DNA of 53,079 nucleotides from a virus (Duplodnaviria; Caudoviricetes). The DNA lies in the IMG/VR virus record IMGVR_UViG_3300027801_001299, positions 1 through 53,079 of that record. One strand, written 5' to 3'. The notes below the pieces were generated by a model, which saw nothing but the letters and a program-made list of their open reading frames with translations, searched no databases and was not told where the DNA came from. Each line of letters begins with the position of its first letter. Within the stretch, counting starts at the first letter, position 1. Below, piece after piece: positions 28,902-38,422 of the stretch. Position numbers and translations under genes: made by a program.

Positions 28902-29939
28902 ATGCTTTGGTTAGAGAAAAAATATTTATCGATGGTCGTGTCCAACTTGGACAACGCCAAATGGAAGGGTGACACCACCCTGAATCATAGATGTCCCTAT
29001 TGTGGGGACTCATCCAAAAACGAACATAAAGCACGTGGTTATCACTTTGTGATAGACCAATCGTATGTCTATAAGTGTCATAATTGTGGTAAATCTACCT
29101 CATCTATCAACTTCTTGAAAGACCATTTCTCAGTCATATATAAAGAGTATATGAAAGAGTGGTTAACCGAAAAAGGTTTCAAACCAAAGGGAAAAAAGAT
29201 GCCAAGTGCTAACGCATTTAAGTTCCGACCAACCCAAGAATCCCTAAATAAAAATGATATTATGACCGTTGAAAATCTTAAGTTTCTAATGAAACCTTGT
29301 TCTGAGGTCTCAGTTGCTAGAGATTATCTGATGGAAAGACAGATACCTGAAGTCCATTATAAAGACTTATGGTACACTTCAACTCCTCAGAGTTTATCAA
29401 TGTTGTGTGAAAAATATAAAGATAGAGTCTTAGGAACAGACCCAAGAATAATAATACCATTTTATAATGTAAACAATCAGTTAATTGGTTTGAGTGGTCG
29501 TGCAATGAACAACAGTCCATTGCGATATATGACCATGAAATTTGACGACAATGAACCGTTAATTTACAACCTACATAAAGTGGACAAAACAAAACGTATC
29601 TATGTGACCGAAGGCCCAATAGATTCAATGTTCCTACCAAATGCAATTGCTGTTGCAGGAAGTGACTTCACAAAACTAGACGATAGTATTAAAGAAAATG
29701 CTGTATTAGTCTATGATAATGAACCACGAAACGCAGAAATACTTAAGAAGATTGAACACGTTATCAACTTAGGATTTACCGTTTGTATTTGGGGTGACCG
29801 AAGAGTGAATGAATTGAAAGATGTCAATGATATGGTATTAAACGGATTGACAGAACAAGAAATTGTTAGTATAATAGAGGACTGTTCCTATAGTGGACTC
29901 AGTGCAAAAGCAAAATTTATGGAGTATAAAAAGGTATGA
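28902..29939 (+). CDS. gp61: DNA primase
   Basis: RCPYCGDS, KCHNCG zinc finger, VTEGPID, YDNEPRN (TOPRIM). Confidence 0.95.
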   Translation: MLWLEKKYLSMVVSNLDNAKWKGDTTLNHRCPYCGDSSKNEHKARGYHFVIDQSYVYKCHNCGKSTSSINFLKDHFSVIYKEYMKEWLTEKGFKPKGKKMPSANAFKFRPTQESLNKNDIMTVENLKFLMKPCSEVSVARDYLMERQIPEVHYKDLWYTSTPQSLSMLCEKYKDRVLGTDPRIIIPFYNVNNQLIGLSGRAMNNSPLRYMTMKFDDNEPLIYNLHKVDKTKRIYVTEGPIDSMFLPNAIAVAGSDFTKLDDSIKENAVLVYDNEPRNAEILKKIEHVINLGFTVCIWGDRRVNELKDVNDMVLNGLTEQEIVSIIEDCSYSGLSAKAKFMEYKKV

Positions 29940-32251
29940 ATTCCCCGATGTTAGTAGTTAAGTCAGATGGTTCTAAGGTTACCATAGACCTAGATAAAAT
30001 TCATAAAATGGTTCATAAGGCGTGTAAAGGTATTACAGGTGTATCAGAGTCCCTAGTAGAAATGAACAGTGGTCTTCAGTTTTCTGAAGGTATCTCAACA
30101 ATAGACATACAAAAGATTTTAGTTAAATCTGCATCAGATTTAATCTCATTAGAAGCACCCAATTACCAATATGTTGCAGCCCGACTGTTACTATTCGGAG
30201 TTCAGAAACAAGTGTTCAACACTAAGTGGAAGGACTCGACCATTTACCCACCATTGAATGAAATCATTGAAAAGAATATCACGAAAGGTGTATACGACCC
30301 TGAGATTCTTAAAATGTATTCTCTAGAAGAGATAAGAGAATGCGACAAATACATTAAACATAGTAGAGACTTAACATTTACATATGCAGGTCTACAACAG
30401 ATTGTAGACAAATACCTAGTCCAAGACAGGTCAACTAATGAAGTGTTTGAGACACCTCAGTTCATGTATATGTTAATCGCAATGACTCTATTCCACAATT
30501 ATGACCAAGAGACGAGATTAGATTATGTCAAAAGATACTACGATGCAATATCAACTTTTAAAATCAGTATACCCACACCTATTATGGCAGGGGTCAGAAC
30601 CCCCTTACGACAATTCGCATCGTGCGTACTCGTTGATGCCGATGATTCCCTCGATTCAATCTTTACGAGTGACATGGCAATCGGAAGATATGTTGCACAA
30701 AGAGCTGGAATTGGAATTAACGCAGGAAGAATACGAGGACTTGGTTCTAAGATACGAGGTGGAGAAGTCCAACATACAGGAGTCATCCCTTTCCTTAAAA
30801 AGTTTGAAGCAACAGTTAGAAGTTGCACACAAAACGGAGTACGGGGTGGAAGTGCCACGGTACATTTTCCAATCTGGCATCAAGAGGTCGAAGACATCCT
30901 TGTTCTCAAGAACAATAAGGGAACAGAAGACAACAGAGTAAGAAAACTGGATTACAGTATTCAGATATCTAAACTATTTTACGAAAGATTTTTAAAGAAC
31001 GAGGACATAACATTGTTTAGTCCTCACAATGTACCTAAACTTTATGATGCATTTGGAACACCTGAGTTTGACGAACTATACGAAAAGTATGAACGTGCAA
31101 CCTCAATTCCAAAAACCAAGGTTAGTGCAAGAGAATTGTTTACGGATATGTTGAAAGAACGTGCTGAAACAGGACGTATCTATATTATGAATATCGACCA
31201 TTGCAATTCTCATAGTAGTTTTACAGACAAGGTGAACATGAGTAATCTTTGTCAAGAAATTACACTACCAACTGCACCACTAACGCACATCGATGGAGAT
31301 GGCGAGATAGCGTTATGCATCTTAAGTGCAATCAATGTTGGTATCATCAAGATGGATGAATTATCAAACCTATGTGACCTTGCAGTGAGAGGACTCGAAG
31401 AACTTATTGATTTCCAAGAGTATCCTGTAGAAGCTGCGAAGAGGTCAACCCTCGCAAGAAGGTCACTGGGTATTGGTTATATTGGTCTTGCACATTTCCT
31501 TGCAAAGAATAGAGTTAAATATGACGACCCTGCAGCACATCGATTAGTGCATGAACTTACAGAGTCATTCCAGTATCATTTACTATGTTCATCCAATCAG
31601 ATTGCATCCGAGAAGGGTGCCTGCGATTGGTTTGACAGAACAAAATATGCAGAGGGTTCATTACCTATTGACCATTACAAAAAAGATGTCGATAGTATTA
31701 CCCCTCATGTATTGAAACATGATTGGGAAAAATTAAGAACGTGTATTAAGGTTCATGGGTTAAGACACTCTACCCTTACTGCACAAATGCCGTCAGAGTC
31801 CTCTAGTGTCGTTTCTAACGCAACAAATGGTGTTGAACCACCTAGAGATTACCTTAGTGTCAAGAAGAGTAAGAAGGGAACACTTAAACAAGTAGTACCT
31901 CAGTACTCAATGTATAAGAACTTTTATACCTTACTATGGGATATGCCAGACAATGATGGTTACATAAAAACTATTGCAGTGATGCAGAAGTTCTTTGACC
32001 AAGCAATAAGCGGTAACTGGTCTTACAACCCTGAGAATTTTACGGATGGAGAAGTCCCCGTATCAGTTCTTGCAGGAGATATGTTGAAGACATATAAGTA
32101 TGGATGGAAAACATCATACTACCAAAATACAATGGATGGGAAAACAGAAGACGTAATTAAGGATGAGAATTCAGCAATGAATGAATACATCCCACCTATG
32201 ATGTCTTCACCCGATAGTGATGAGGAAGATTGCGATGCCTGTGCAATATGA
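29936..32251 (+). CDS. nrdA: Class Ia ribonucleotide reductase alpha subunit
   Basis: ATP cone, PTPIMAG, ASCVL, SNLCQEI, C-terminal CDACAI. Confidence 0.97.
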   Translation: MNSPMLVVKSDGSKVTIDLDKIHKMVHKACKGITGVSESLVEMNSGLQFSEGISTIDIQKILVKSASDLISLEAPNYQYVAARLLLFGVQKQVFNTKWKDSTIYPPLNEIIEKNITKGVYDPEILKMYSLEEIRECDKYIKHSRDLTFTYAGLQQIVDKYLVQDRSTNEVFETPQFMYMLIAMTLFHNYDQETRLDYVKRYYDAISTFKISIPTPIMAGVRTPLRQFASCVLVDADDSLDSIFTSDMAIGRYVAQRAGIGINAGRIRGLGSKIRGGEVQHTGVIPFLKKFEATVRSCTQNGVRGGSATVHFPIWHQEVEDILVLKNNKGTEDNRVRKLDYSIQISKLFYERFLKNEDITLFSPHNVPKLYDAFGTPEFDELYEKYERATSIPKTKVSARELFTDMLKERAETGRIYIMNIDHCNSHSSFTDKVNMSNLCQEITLPTAPLTHIDGDGEIALCILSAINVGIIKMDELSNLCDLAVRGLEELIDFQEYPVEAAKRSTLARRSLGIGYIGLAHFLAKNRVKYDDPAAHRLVHELTESFQYHLLCSSNQIASEKGACDWFDRTKYAEGSLPIDHYKKDVDSITPHVLKHDWEKLRTCIKVHGLRHSTLTAQMPSESSSVVSNATNGVEPPRDYLSVKKSKKGTLKQVVPQYSMYKNFYTLLWDMPDNDGYIKTIAVMQKFFDQAISGNWSYNPENFTDGEVPVSVLAGDMLKTYKYGWKTSYYQNTMDGKTEDVIKDENSAMNEYIPPMMSSPDSDEEDCDACAI

Positions 32252-33248
32252 AGATAAGAAAGTAAAAGTCGAATTATATGATAAACCTGAAGGTGCCGAA
32301 GTTAAGACTAATGACGGTAAAATTTCAACTAAAGGGTGGACTAATCGATTAACAAAAGATTTCCAAGATAATGGTTATGTTGTTTTAAGGAATTTCATTC
32401 CCAAAGAAATCATTGATATGACCATGGATGCATGGAAATGTATCGAAAATAGACCTGAGTGGAATGATACATTCTTTGCAGTGGAAGATGATATCATTCA
32501 TGATTCACCTAAATCATCCTTAAGAAAAAGTCAAGGATGTTATTCCTTTCCACCTTCAGTTTCCCTACATAGATGGTTAAGAGATAATCTAGACAAAGTT
32601 ATTGATATGCAACTCGTAGAGACTTATGCATATTCTCGTAAATACGAAAGAGGTGCATACCTCAAGGCACATAGTGACCGACCTTCATGTGAAGTTAGTG
32701 CAACCATTTGTCTAAAGTATAAAACTGATGATAACACTCCTTGGAAGATATGGGTTCAGAAAGATAAGAACTATATCAATCATGCAAGAGGTGAAGGTCA
32801 AGAGATATTTTTTGAGGAGATGCAAAACATTCCTCATAGGGATAGAAAAGGAACACCTATATCATTAGAAGTAGGAGACCTCTTACTTTATCAAGGGCCG
32901 AATGCAGTTCACTGGAGAGACACTCTTCTAGGTGACCATTCATATCATATGTTTTTACACTTCATCAATCATGGTGGACAGATAAATTCATTTGATAAGT
33001 TCCATCAACCATGGACTAGAAAAAGGTCAGACGGAAGACCTCATAATGTATTTGCATATGATGGCAGACTTGATAGATATTCACATGAACAACAAGATTA
33101 TTTTAAAGATGCAATGAAATTTTGGAATGAATGGTGTGGTGGCGGCCACGATTGGTTCGACCCATCAGATTATATAAACAACTACAAGAACCTACAAGAA
33201 CTTGAGTTAACCGACAGAGATAAGAAGACACTAGATGACAGTATTTAA
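32235..33248 (+). CDS. 2OG-Fe(II) dioxygenase
   Basis: LKAHSDRPSCEVSATICL, LYQG...HWR. Confidence 0.85.
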   Translation: MPVQYEDKKVKVELYDKPEGAEVKTNDGKISTKGWTNRLTKDFQDNGYVVLRNFIPKEIIDMTMDAWKCIENRPEWNDTFFAVEDDIIHDSPKSSLRKSQGCYSFPPSVSLHRWLRDNLDKVIDMQLVETYAYSRKYERGAYLKAHSDRPSCEVSATICLKYKTDDNTPWKIWVQKDKNYINHARGEGQEIFFEEMQNIPHRDRKGTPISLEVGDLLLYQGPNAVHWRDTLLGDHSYHMFLHFINHGGQINSFDKFHQPWTRKRSDGRPHNVFAYDGRLDRYSHEQQDYFKDAMKFWNEWCGGGHDWFDPSDYINNYKNLQELELTDRDKKTLDDSI

Positions 33249-34332
33249 TAAAAAGAAAGTAGATTTCACTAAGGAACAGATGTTCTTTGGCGAACCCCTA
33301 AACACTCAAAGATTTGATGAGTTCAAATACCCAGTATTTGATAAACTTACTCAGAAACAATTAGGATTCTTTTGGAGACCTGAAGAGGTGTCCTTACAGA
33401 AAGATAGAAGTGATTATCAACAACTTAATGATGCACAAAAACACATCTTCACATCTAATCTAAGATATCAAACACTACTAGATAGTGTTCAAGGTCGTGC
33501 TCCATCAATTGCATTCTTACCATTCGTAAGTATTCCTGAATTAGAGTCATGTATCATTACATGGGATTTCATGGAGACCATACATTCACGAAGTTACACT
33601 CACATTATAAAGAATATCTATAGTGACCCTAGTGATGTGTTCGACACTATCCTAGAAGAACCAGCAATCCTTGCTCGTGCAGAAACGGTGACACAAAAGT
33701 ACGATGAGTTTATCAATATCGGAAGACGTAAATTGATGGGTCATAAAATAGATGATTACGATTTATATAAGGCACTTTACCTTGCATTGATATCAGTTAA
33801 CATCTTAGAAGGGATTAGATTCTTTGTTTCATTCGCCTGTTCATTCGGATTTGGTGAATTGAAAATGATGGAAGGAAGTGCAAAAATCATATCTCTAATT
33901 GCAAGAGATGAGTCACAACATCTTGCAATCACAACACACATATTGAAGTGTTATCAGAAACACGAGAACAACAAAACAATGAACAAGGTCATGAAGGATT
34001 GTGAACCTGAAGTGTATCAGATGTTTGAAGATGCAGTCAACCAAGAGAAAGATTGGGCAGACTTCTTATTCCAACACGGGTCAATGATTGGTCTATCTAC
34101 TCAGTTACTTGGACACTATGTCGAGTACACTGCAAACAAAAGATTAAGAGCTATCGGACTCAACCCTATATACGACAGAAGTTCAACCAACAATCCATTA
34201 CCATGGACTGAACATTGGTTCAACTCAAGAGGATTACAGAACGCACCCCAAGAAACAGAAATCGAATCATATGTGATTGGTGGTATTAAACAAGATGTTG
34301 ATGATGATTCGTTTACAGGATTTAAATTATGA
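33235..34332 (+). CDS. nrdB: Class Ia ribonucleotide reductase beta subunit
   Basis: FFWRPEE, ETIHSRSY, LEGIRF, RDESQH, APQETE. Confidence 0.97.
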   Translation: MTVFNKKKVDFTKEQMFFGEPLNTQRFDEFKYPVFDKLTQKQLGFFWRPEEVSLQKDRSDYQQLNDAQKHIFTSNLRYQTLLDSVQGRAPSIAFLPFVSIPELESCIITWDFMETIHSRSYTHIIKNIYSDPSDVFDTILEEPAILARAETVTQKYDEFINIGRRKLMGHKIDDYDLYKALYLALISVNILEGIRFFVSFACSFGFGELKMMEGSAKIISLIARDESQHLAITTHILKCYQKHENNKTMNKVMKDCEPEVYQMFEDAVNQEKDWADFLFQHGSMIGLSTQLLGHYVEYTANKRLRAIGLNPIYDRSSTNNPLPWTEHWFNSRGLQNAPQETEIESYVIGGIKQDVDDDSFTGFKL

Positions 34333-34547
34333 TTGAGATATGGGGAAAAACACAATGTCCTTATTGCGACATGGCAAAGACATTATGTGAAAATAAGGGA
34401 ATTGAATACACTTACAAACAATTAGGTGAGGACTTTACAAGAGAAGATTTAATGGAAAAGTTTCCAACTGCAAGAACCTTTCCACAAATAAAAGTGGATG
34501 GTGAGTCGATTGGTGGATTTGATAACCTAAAGGACATGATTGCATGA
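34329..34547 (+). CDS. nrdC: Glutaredoxin
   Basis: CPYC, RTFPQI, IGG. Confidence 0.9.
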   Translation: MIEIWGKTQCPYCDMAKTLCENKGIEYTYKQLGEDFTREDLMEKFPTARTFPQIKVDGESIGGFDNLKDMIA

Positions 34548-34795
34548 ACAGATGGTGGCAAGTGTTATGGGGTAGTCAAGAAGAGAAAGACCTCGAACAG
34601 AAGATTGCAAACAAGGTTGTCAAGGAGATTAATCTCAAACAACATGAAATTGGAACTCCCGACCCCGATGATTTAACAATAGAAAATGCATATAAGACTA
34701 GGTGGATATGGTATCACACTATACTTGCAGGACTTATGTTCCTAATAGTTATTGTCCAACTTGGTATATTCATATTACTCGCAGTTAAGTTATGA
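34544..34795 (+). CDS. Small membrane protein
   Basis: C-terminal TM; ATGA coupling. Confidence 0.65.
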   Translation: MNRWWQVLWGSQEEKDLEQKIANKVVKEINLKQHEIGTPDPDDLTIENAYKTRWIWYHTILAGLMFLIVIVQLGIFILLAVKL

Positions 34796-35037
34796 TTATT
34801 CACGCATACATTTTTAATGATGCACAACAGGGTGTCCAAGATATGAGGATTCAACATATGTTGAAGACCCTAGACCCCAAAGAACACGAAGTCCGAATTT
34901 TTATTCTAGGACAGGATTTCCATCAATCAGATGTAGAACATCCGTTGCCATTTGCAACACTGGATGGTAAGAAGAAATCATTTGATAATTTATGGAAAGA
35001 AGTAATAGGAGAAAAAGTACATGATAAAGATATTTAA
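34792..35037 (+). CDS. Hypothetical protein, possibly a degenerate glutaredoxin fold
   Basis: LGQDF...LPFATLDG resembles the neighbouring Grx but lacks CxxC. Confidence 0.5.
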   Translation: MIIHAYIFNDAQQGVQDMRIQHMLKTLDPKEHEVRIFILGQDFHQSDVEHPLPFATLDGKKKSFDNLWKEVIGEKVHDKDI

Positions 35038-35182
35038 AATACATTGCAATAGTTGTAAGAGTGAATTGGATATTCATCATGAGATGGACTCACACCAATA
35101 TGACATAGAGTTTTGCCCTTTTTGTGGGGAAGACATTGATGAGGATGAAGTAGAATTTGTCGATGAAATTGAAACAGAATAA
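35021..35182 (+). CDS. Small Zn-ribbon protein with acidic tail
   Basis: Own translation with CNSC...CPFCG; AGGAG upstream. Confidence 0.7.
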   Translation: MIKIFKIHCNSCKSELDIHHEMDSHQYDIEFCPFCGEDIDEDEVEFVDEIETE

Positions 35183-35756
35183 GAGAGTATTATTACTCGA
35201 TAATTCAGATGCATTTACTAACAACATTGCACAACTCTTCATCAACGCAGGTGCAGAAGTATTGGCATCGAGAAATGATGAACTCACTATCGAAGATGCA
35301 AAAGAACTAAACCCAACACACCTTTTCCTAACGCCTGGCAATGGGACTTACGATATTCATGGACTTAGACATCAAAAGTTTGTCCATGAGTTTCATCAGG
35401 ACATTCCGATATCAGGAGTATGTTTAGGTCACCAGTGCATTGCAGCCTATTTTGGTGCAAAGATAGATTCTAATGTCGTCCCATTACGAGGAATTGAAAC
35501 AGAATGTCAACATGATGGAGAAGGACTCTTTTCAGGAATTCCTACCCCATTTAATGTCGGTAGATATCACAATGATGTGGTCAATCCTGATTTAAAAGGA
35601 ACTCCACTGGTTGTATCTGCATGGTCAGATGGATTGGTAATGGCAATTCGACACACTACACTACCCATAGAATCATTCCAAATACACCCTGAGTCATCCT
35701 TCACAAGGAACGGACATGGGTCAACTCTTATAGAAAACTTCCTAAAAACCCCTTGA
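35163..35756 (+). CDS. Class I glutamine amidotransferase (TrpG/PabA-like)
   Basis: LDNSDAFT, GVCLGHQ, RYH, QIHPES. Confidence 0.9.
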   Translation: MKLKQNKRVLLLDNSDAFTNNIAQLFINAGAEVLASRNDELTIEDAKELNPTHLFLTPGNGTYDIHGLRHQKFVHEFHQDIPISGVCLGHQCIAAYFGAKIDSNVVPLRGIETECQHDGEGLFSGIPTPFNVGRYHNDVVNPDLKGTPLVVSAWSDGLVMAIRHTTLPIESFQIHPESSFTRNGHGSTLIENFLKTP

Positions 35757-35782
35757 CGTAGACCCCCTTCTTATGTTATACT
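35753..35782 (+). promoter_or_regulatory. Early sigma70-like promoter
   Basis: TTGACG-18-TATACT with extended -10 TG. Confidence 0.7.
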
Positions 35783-35794
35783 AGATGTATAGTT

Positions 35795-36256
35795 ATGAGA
35801 AAGGTAAATAATTTTATGGTCAATGTCGGAATAATTGGTCAAATTGCAAGAAAAAGGGAAATCTACGGATACATCCAAGACACCATTTACCACTTACACC
35901 CCAACTTAAGACGAAATGTAGACCTAGAGTTGTCTATTACGTCATATAAGATAGAAAACGGTGACTACTCGTATGCAACTTGTTCAGGTAACAGAGGACA
36001 AATAGACATCATACTCAATAGATTAGATGAAGACGGTATTAAATTTACCCATAATCAAATGATGCTCAATCTTGCACATGAATTAGTCCACGCAAAACAG
36101 TTTATCAAGGGTGAATTATCTCCAAAACTACAGAGATTTAAACGCAAATACCATGGAAAAACTCCTTATTCGAGACAACCATGGGAGAAAGAAGCATACA
36201 AGTTAGAGAGTAAATTATACAATATGTTTTGGGTCGGAAGAGAAAACTTTATATAG
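35795..36256 (+). CDS. Zn metallopeptidase-like protein (HExxH)
   Basis: LAHELVHAKQ...PWEKEAY. Confidence 0.8.
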   Translation: MRKVNNFMVNVGIIGQIARKREIYGYIQDTIYHLHPNLRRNVDLELSITSYKIENGDYSYATCSGNRGQIDIILNRLDEDGIKFTHNQMMLNLAHELVHAKQFIKGELSPKLQRFKRKYHGKTPYSRQPWEKEAYKLESKLYNMFWVGRENFI

Positions 36257-36263
36257 AAAGTAC

Positions 36264-36293
36264 TTGACAATGACTCTCACTTTTTGTTATAAT
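36264..36293 (+). promoter_or_regulatory. Early sigma70-like promoter driving the ncRNA candidate
   Basis: TTGACAATG...TG-T-TATAAT with an 18-nt spacer. Confidence 0.85.
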
Positions 36294-36367
36294 ATACATA
36301 TAGTCGGAAAAGAAAACGACTTTAAAACCTTCTCGAAAGAGATAACCAAAGATTCTTATATCCATTT

Positions 36368-36629
36368 GGAGATTTTAACTACCAGTTAAGTGTTTCAGAT
36401 AGTTGGATAGTGCCGTGTAATACACCAGCCAATTCCAACCCCTGCGTGAGTAGACGAAAGTTGAAGCGGTAACGGAGACCTGAATTAATATTGATGAATA
36501 ACGGCTGATGTACTTGGGCTTATATAGGAGACAATCCTTGACCCCCTAATAGTTAGATTTTTTATGGACAGGTGGTGTGAAACGACTCTAGAAGTAGACA
36601 CTCAAGTATCACTCCTGCAAATCTCCACC
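36368..36629 (+). ncRNA. Structured ncRNA candidate (~260 nt) closed by a tRNA-acceptor-like stem
   Basis: GGAGATTT (36368) pairs with AAATCTCC-ACC (36619-36629), followed by a T run. Several internal helices; no credible ORF. Confidence 0.65.
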
Positions 36630-36656
36630 TTTTTTAAATGTTCCAACGAGGTAATT

Positions 36657-36845
36657 ATGGAATTTAATGATTTTACAACAAAGATGTATACTGAGAATTG
36701 TGTCGAACGAAGACAACATGGTGAAGACCAATACAAAACAGTATCAGAGTATGTTGCAAATGGAACAAACATGGTATTTCTAAAACAGAAGTATCAAGAG
36801 TATTTGGATAACCCTACGGATTTCTTTTACAAGATTCAGAAATAA
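36657..36845 (+). CDS. Hypothetical protein
   Basis: GAGG SD then MEFNDFTTKMYTENCVER. Confidence 0.65.
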   Translation: MEFNDFTTKMYTENCVERRQHGEDQYKTVSEYVANGTNMVFLKQKYQEYLDNPTDFFYKIQK

Positions 36846-36848
36846 GGG

Positions 36849-36878
36849 TTGACAATGCATACCTATTATTGTTATAAT
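36849..36878 (+). promoter_or_regulatory. Early sigma70-like promoter
   Basis: TTGACAATG, 18-nt spacer, TATAAT. Confidence 0.85.
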
Positions 36879-36903
36879 ATATCAGTAATAAGGAAATAAG
36901 ATT

Positions 36904-37404
36904 ATGAATATAAAGAGAATATTTATCGACATGGACGGAGTCCTTGCCGATTTCAACACTGGGGTGGAGACACTCACTGGAACACCTTTCCCGAATACGG
37001 ATAAGGGTCATAACGATTATGACCTGAGAAAGGAAGAATTGACCAATAAAAGATTGTTCAGAAACTTACCCCCATTGCCAGATATGTATGAACTGGTTGG
37101 GTATGTTAGACACACAAATCTTCCTTGGGAAATCCTAACTGCTGCTGGTGTTATCAACAGAGAGTTAGTAGTGTGGGACAAGAACGAATGGATTAAAGAA
37201 TACATTAGTCCGACAGTTGTAGTTACCTGCACAATGACTGGTAGTCAAAAAGGTATGTTTGCCTTTGAGGGAAGTGTCCTCATTGACGATAGAATTAAGA
37301 ACATTGAGTCTTGGGAAGCAAATGGTGGGATAGGTATCCTTCACACAAGTGCTGCTGAGACTATAAAAGAATTGAAGACTCTCAGAAATGGGAGTGCTTC
37401 TTAA
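36904..37404 (+). CDS. HAD-family 5'(3')-deoxyribonucleotidase-like protein
   Basis: IDMDGVLADF, ILTA, LIDDR...WEANGGIGILH. Confidence 0.85.
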   Translation: MNIKRIFIDMDGVLADFNTGVETLTGTPFPNTDKGHNDYDLRKEELTNKRLFRNLPPLPDMYELVGYVRHTNLPWEILTAAGVINRELVVWDKNEWIKEYISPTVVVTCTMTGSQKGMFAFEGSVLIDDRIKNIESWEANGGIGILHTSAAETIKELKTLRNGSAS

Positions 37405-37475
37405 CAAATTCAACAATCAAGTTGAATGAATAGATGGACATGGGAATGTATCATCGCTTATATGGAGAAAATATA

Positions 37476-37733
37476 ATGGCTTTATCTAAAACGCAAAAAG
37501 TGTTAAACCTACTTTCAAAAGGTAAAAATGTAAAATGGACTACAATCCGTAACCGTTTCGATTTACAATCACCAGCAAGAACTGTTGGAAAATTGCAATC
37601 AATGGGTCATGTAATCTATACTAATGTTAGTTCAGCAGGAACTTCATATAGAATGGGTACTCCTTCACTCGCAATCTTGGCAGCAGGTCAAGCAGCGATG
37701 AACGGTGGGTCACTCTTTACATACGAAAGCTAA
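37476..37733 (+). CDS. Winged-HTH DNA-binding protein
   Basis: MALSKTQKVLNLL...SPARTVGKLQSMGHVIY...YRMG; GGAG SD. Confidence 0.7.
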   Translation: MALSKTQKVLNLLSKGKNVKWTTIRNRFDLQSPARTVGKLQSMGHVIYTNVSSAGTSYRMGTPSLAILAAGQAAMNGGSLFTYES

Positions 37734-37757
37734 GAGATACTTTTTAGTTGACTAAAT

Positions 37758-37783
37758 AATAGACACACTTCGGTGTGTCTATT
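37758..37783. terminator. Stable UUCG hairpin (terminator or 5' stabiliser)
   Basis: AATAGACACAC-TTCG-GTGTGTCTATT, directly after TAAATA. Confidence 0.65.
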
Positions 37784-37800
37784 TGTAAGAGGATACATAT

Positions 37801-38037
37801 ATGATAAAACGAAAATTAACACAATGGTTCAATGCTATAAAGTATTGGTTCCTTCCCGAATACGAAATCACCGTTTTTAGAACGCAGGATTTGACGGGCA
37901 ATGTTTATAAGGACGAATACGTCTCAAAGAAAATCCTCATCCAAAAAGAAAAACATCTCAAATTCAGAGATAAAGAAAAACGTATAGTCGAACTTAGAAG
38001 TGCTAAGGGATTAGACTATAGAATTAAGGAGCTATAA
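37801..38037 (+). CDS. Hypothetical protein
   Basis: GAGG SD; first gene of the spanin unit. Confidence 0.65.
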   Translation: MIKRKLTQWFNAIKYWFLPEYEITVFRTQDLTGNVYKDEYVSKKILIQKEKHLKFRDKEKRIVELRSAKGLDYRIKEL

Positions 38038-38038
38038 T

Positions 38039-38422
38039 ATGCAACAACTTTTAATAGGAGTAATACTTGTCCTTGGGATGGGTTCATATTACCTCTACAA
38101 TCAAAATCAAACACTAAGTGCAAATAACATTGCATTAGAATATGCAGTCGAAGAACAGAAGGCGACCATGACTGCACTCAGAGAAAACTTTGAGAAACAA
38201 ACAGCTGCACTTCAAAATATGTCTCGTAAAAACGCAGAGATTGAAGAAGACAAAGCACGGTATCTATCCATCCTATCAAAACATAACTTTGAAAGACTTG
38301 CAACCGTCAAGCCAGGGTTAATGGAGAATAGATTTAATAAAGGAACGGTTGAAGTAATTGAGGGAATAGAAAATGACACTAAAGACATTAGCAATCTTGA
38401 GTCTCCTAATACTAACGACTAG
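38039..38422 (+). CDS. Putative i-spanin (Rz-like)
   Basis: N-terminal TM plus coiled coil; overlaps the lipoprotein gene. Confidence 0.7.
   Translation: MQQLLIGVILVLGMGSYYLYNQNQTLSANNIALEYAVEEQKATMTALRENFEKQTAALQNMSRKNAEIEEDKARYLSILSKHNFERLATVKPGLMENRFNKGTVEVIEGIENDTKDISNLESPNTND

Noticed and set aside
8830-34332. Introns or inteins in gp43, gp41, nrdA or nrdB
   Set aside because: All are uninterrupted and of normal length.
36505-36512. Hammerhead ribozyme core
   Set aside because: CTGATGTA does not match CUGANGA, and no compatible stems were found.
36368-36629. tmRNA, RNase P RNA or self-splicing intron identity for the ncRNA
   Set aside because: No G3:U70 pair, no TTC T-loop and no tag ORF. 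GACGAAAG and GGCTTA are only ~60 nt apart, and no group I/II core is recognisable.
36564-36656. N-terminal extension of ORF 36564-36845
   Set aside because: It overlaps the structured RNA; the SD supports ATG 36657.
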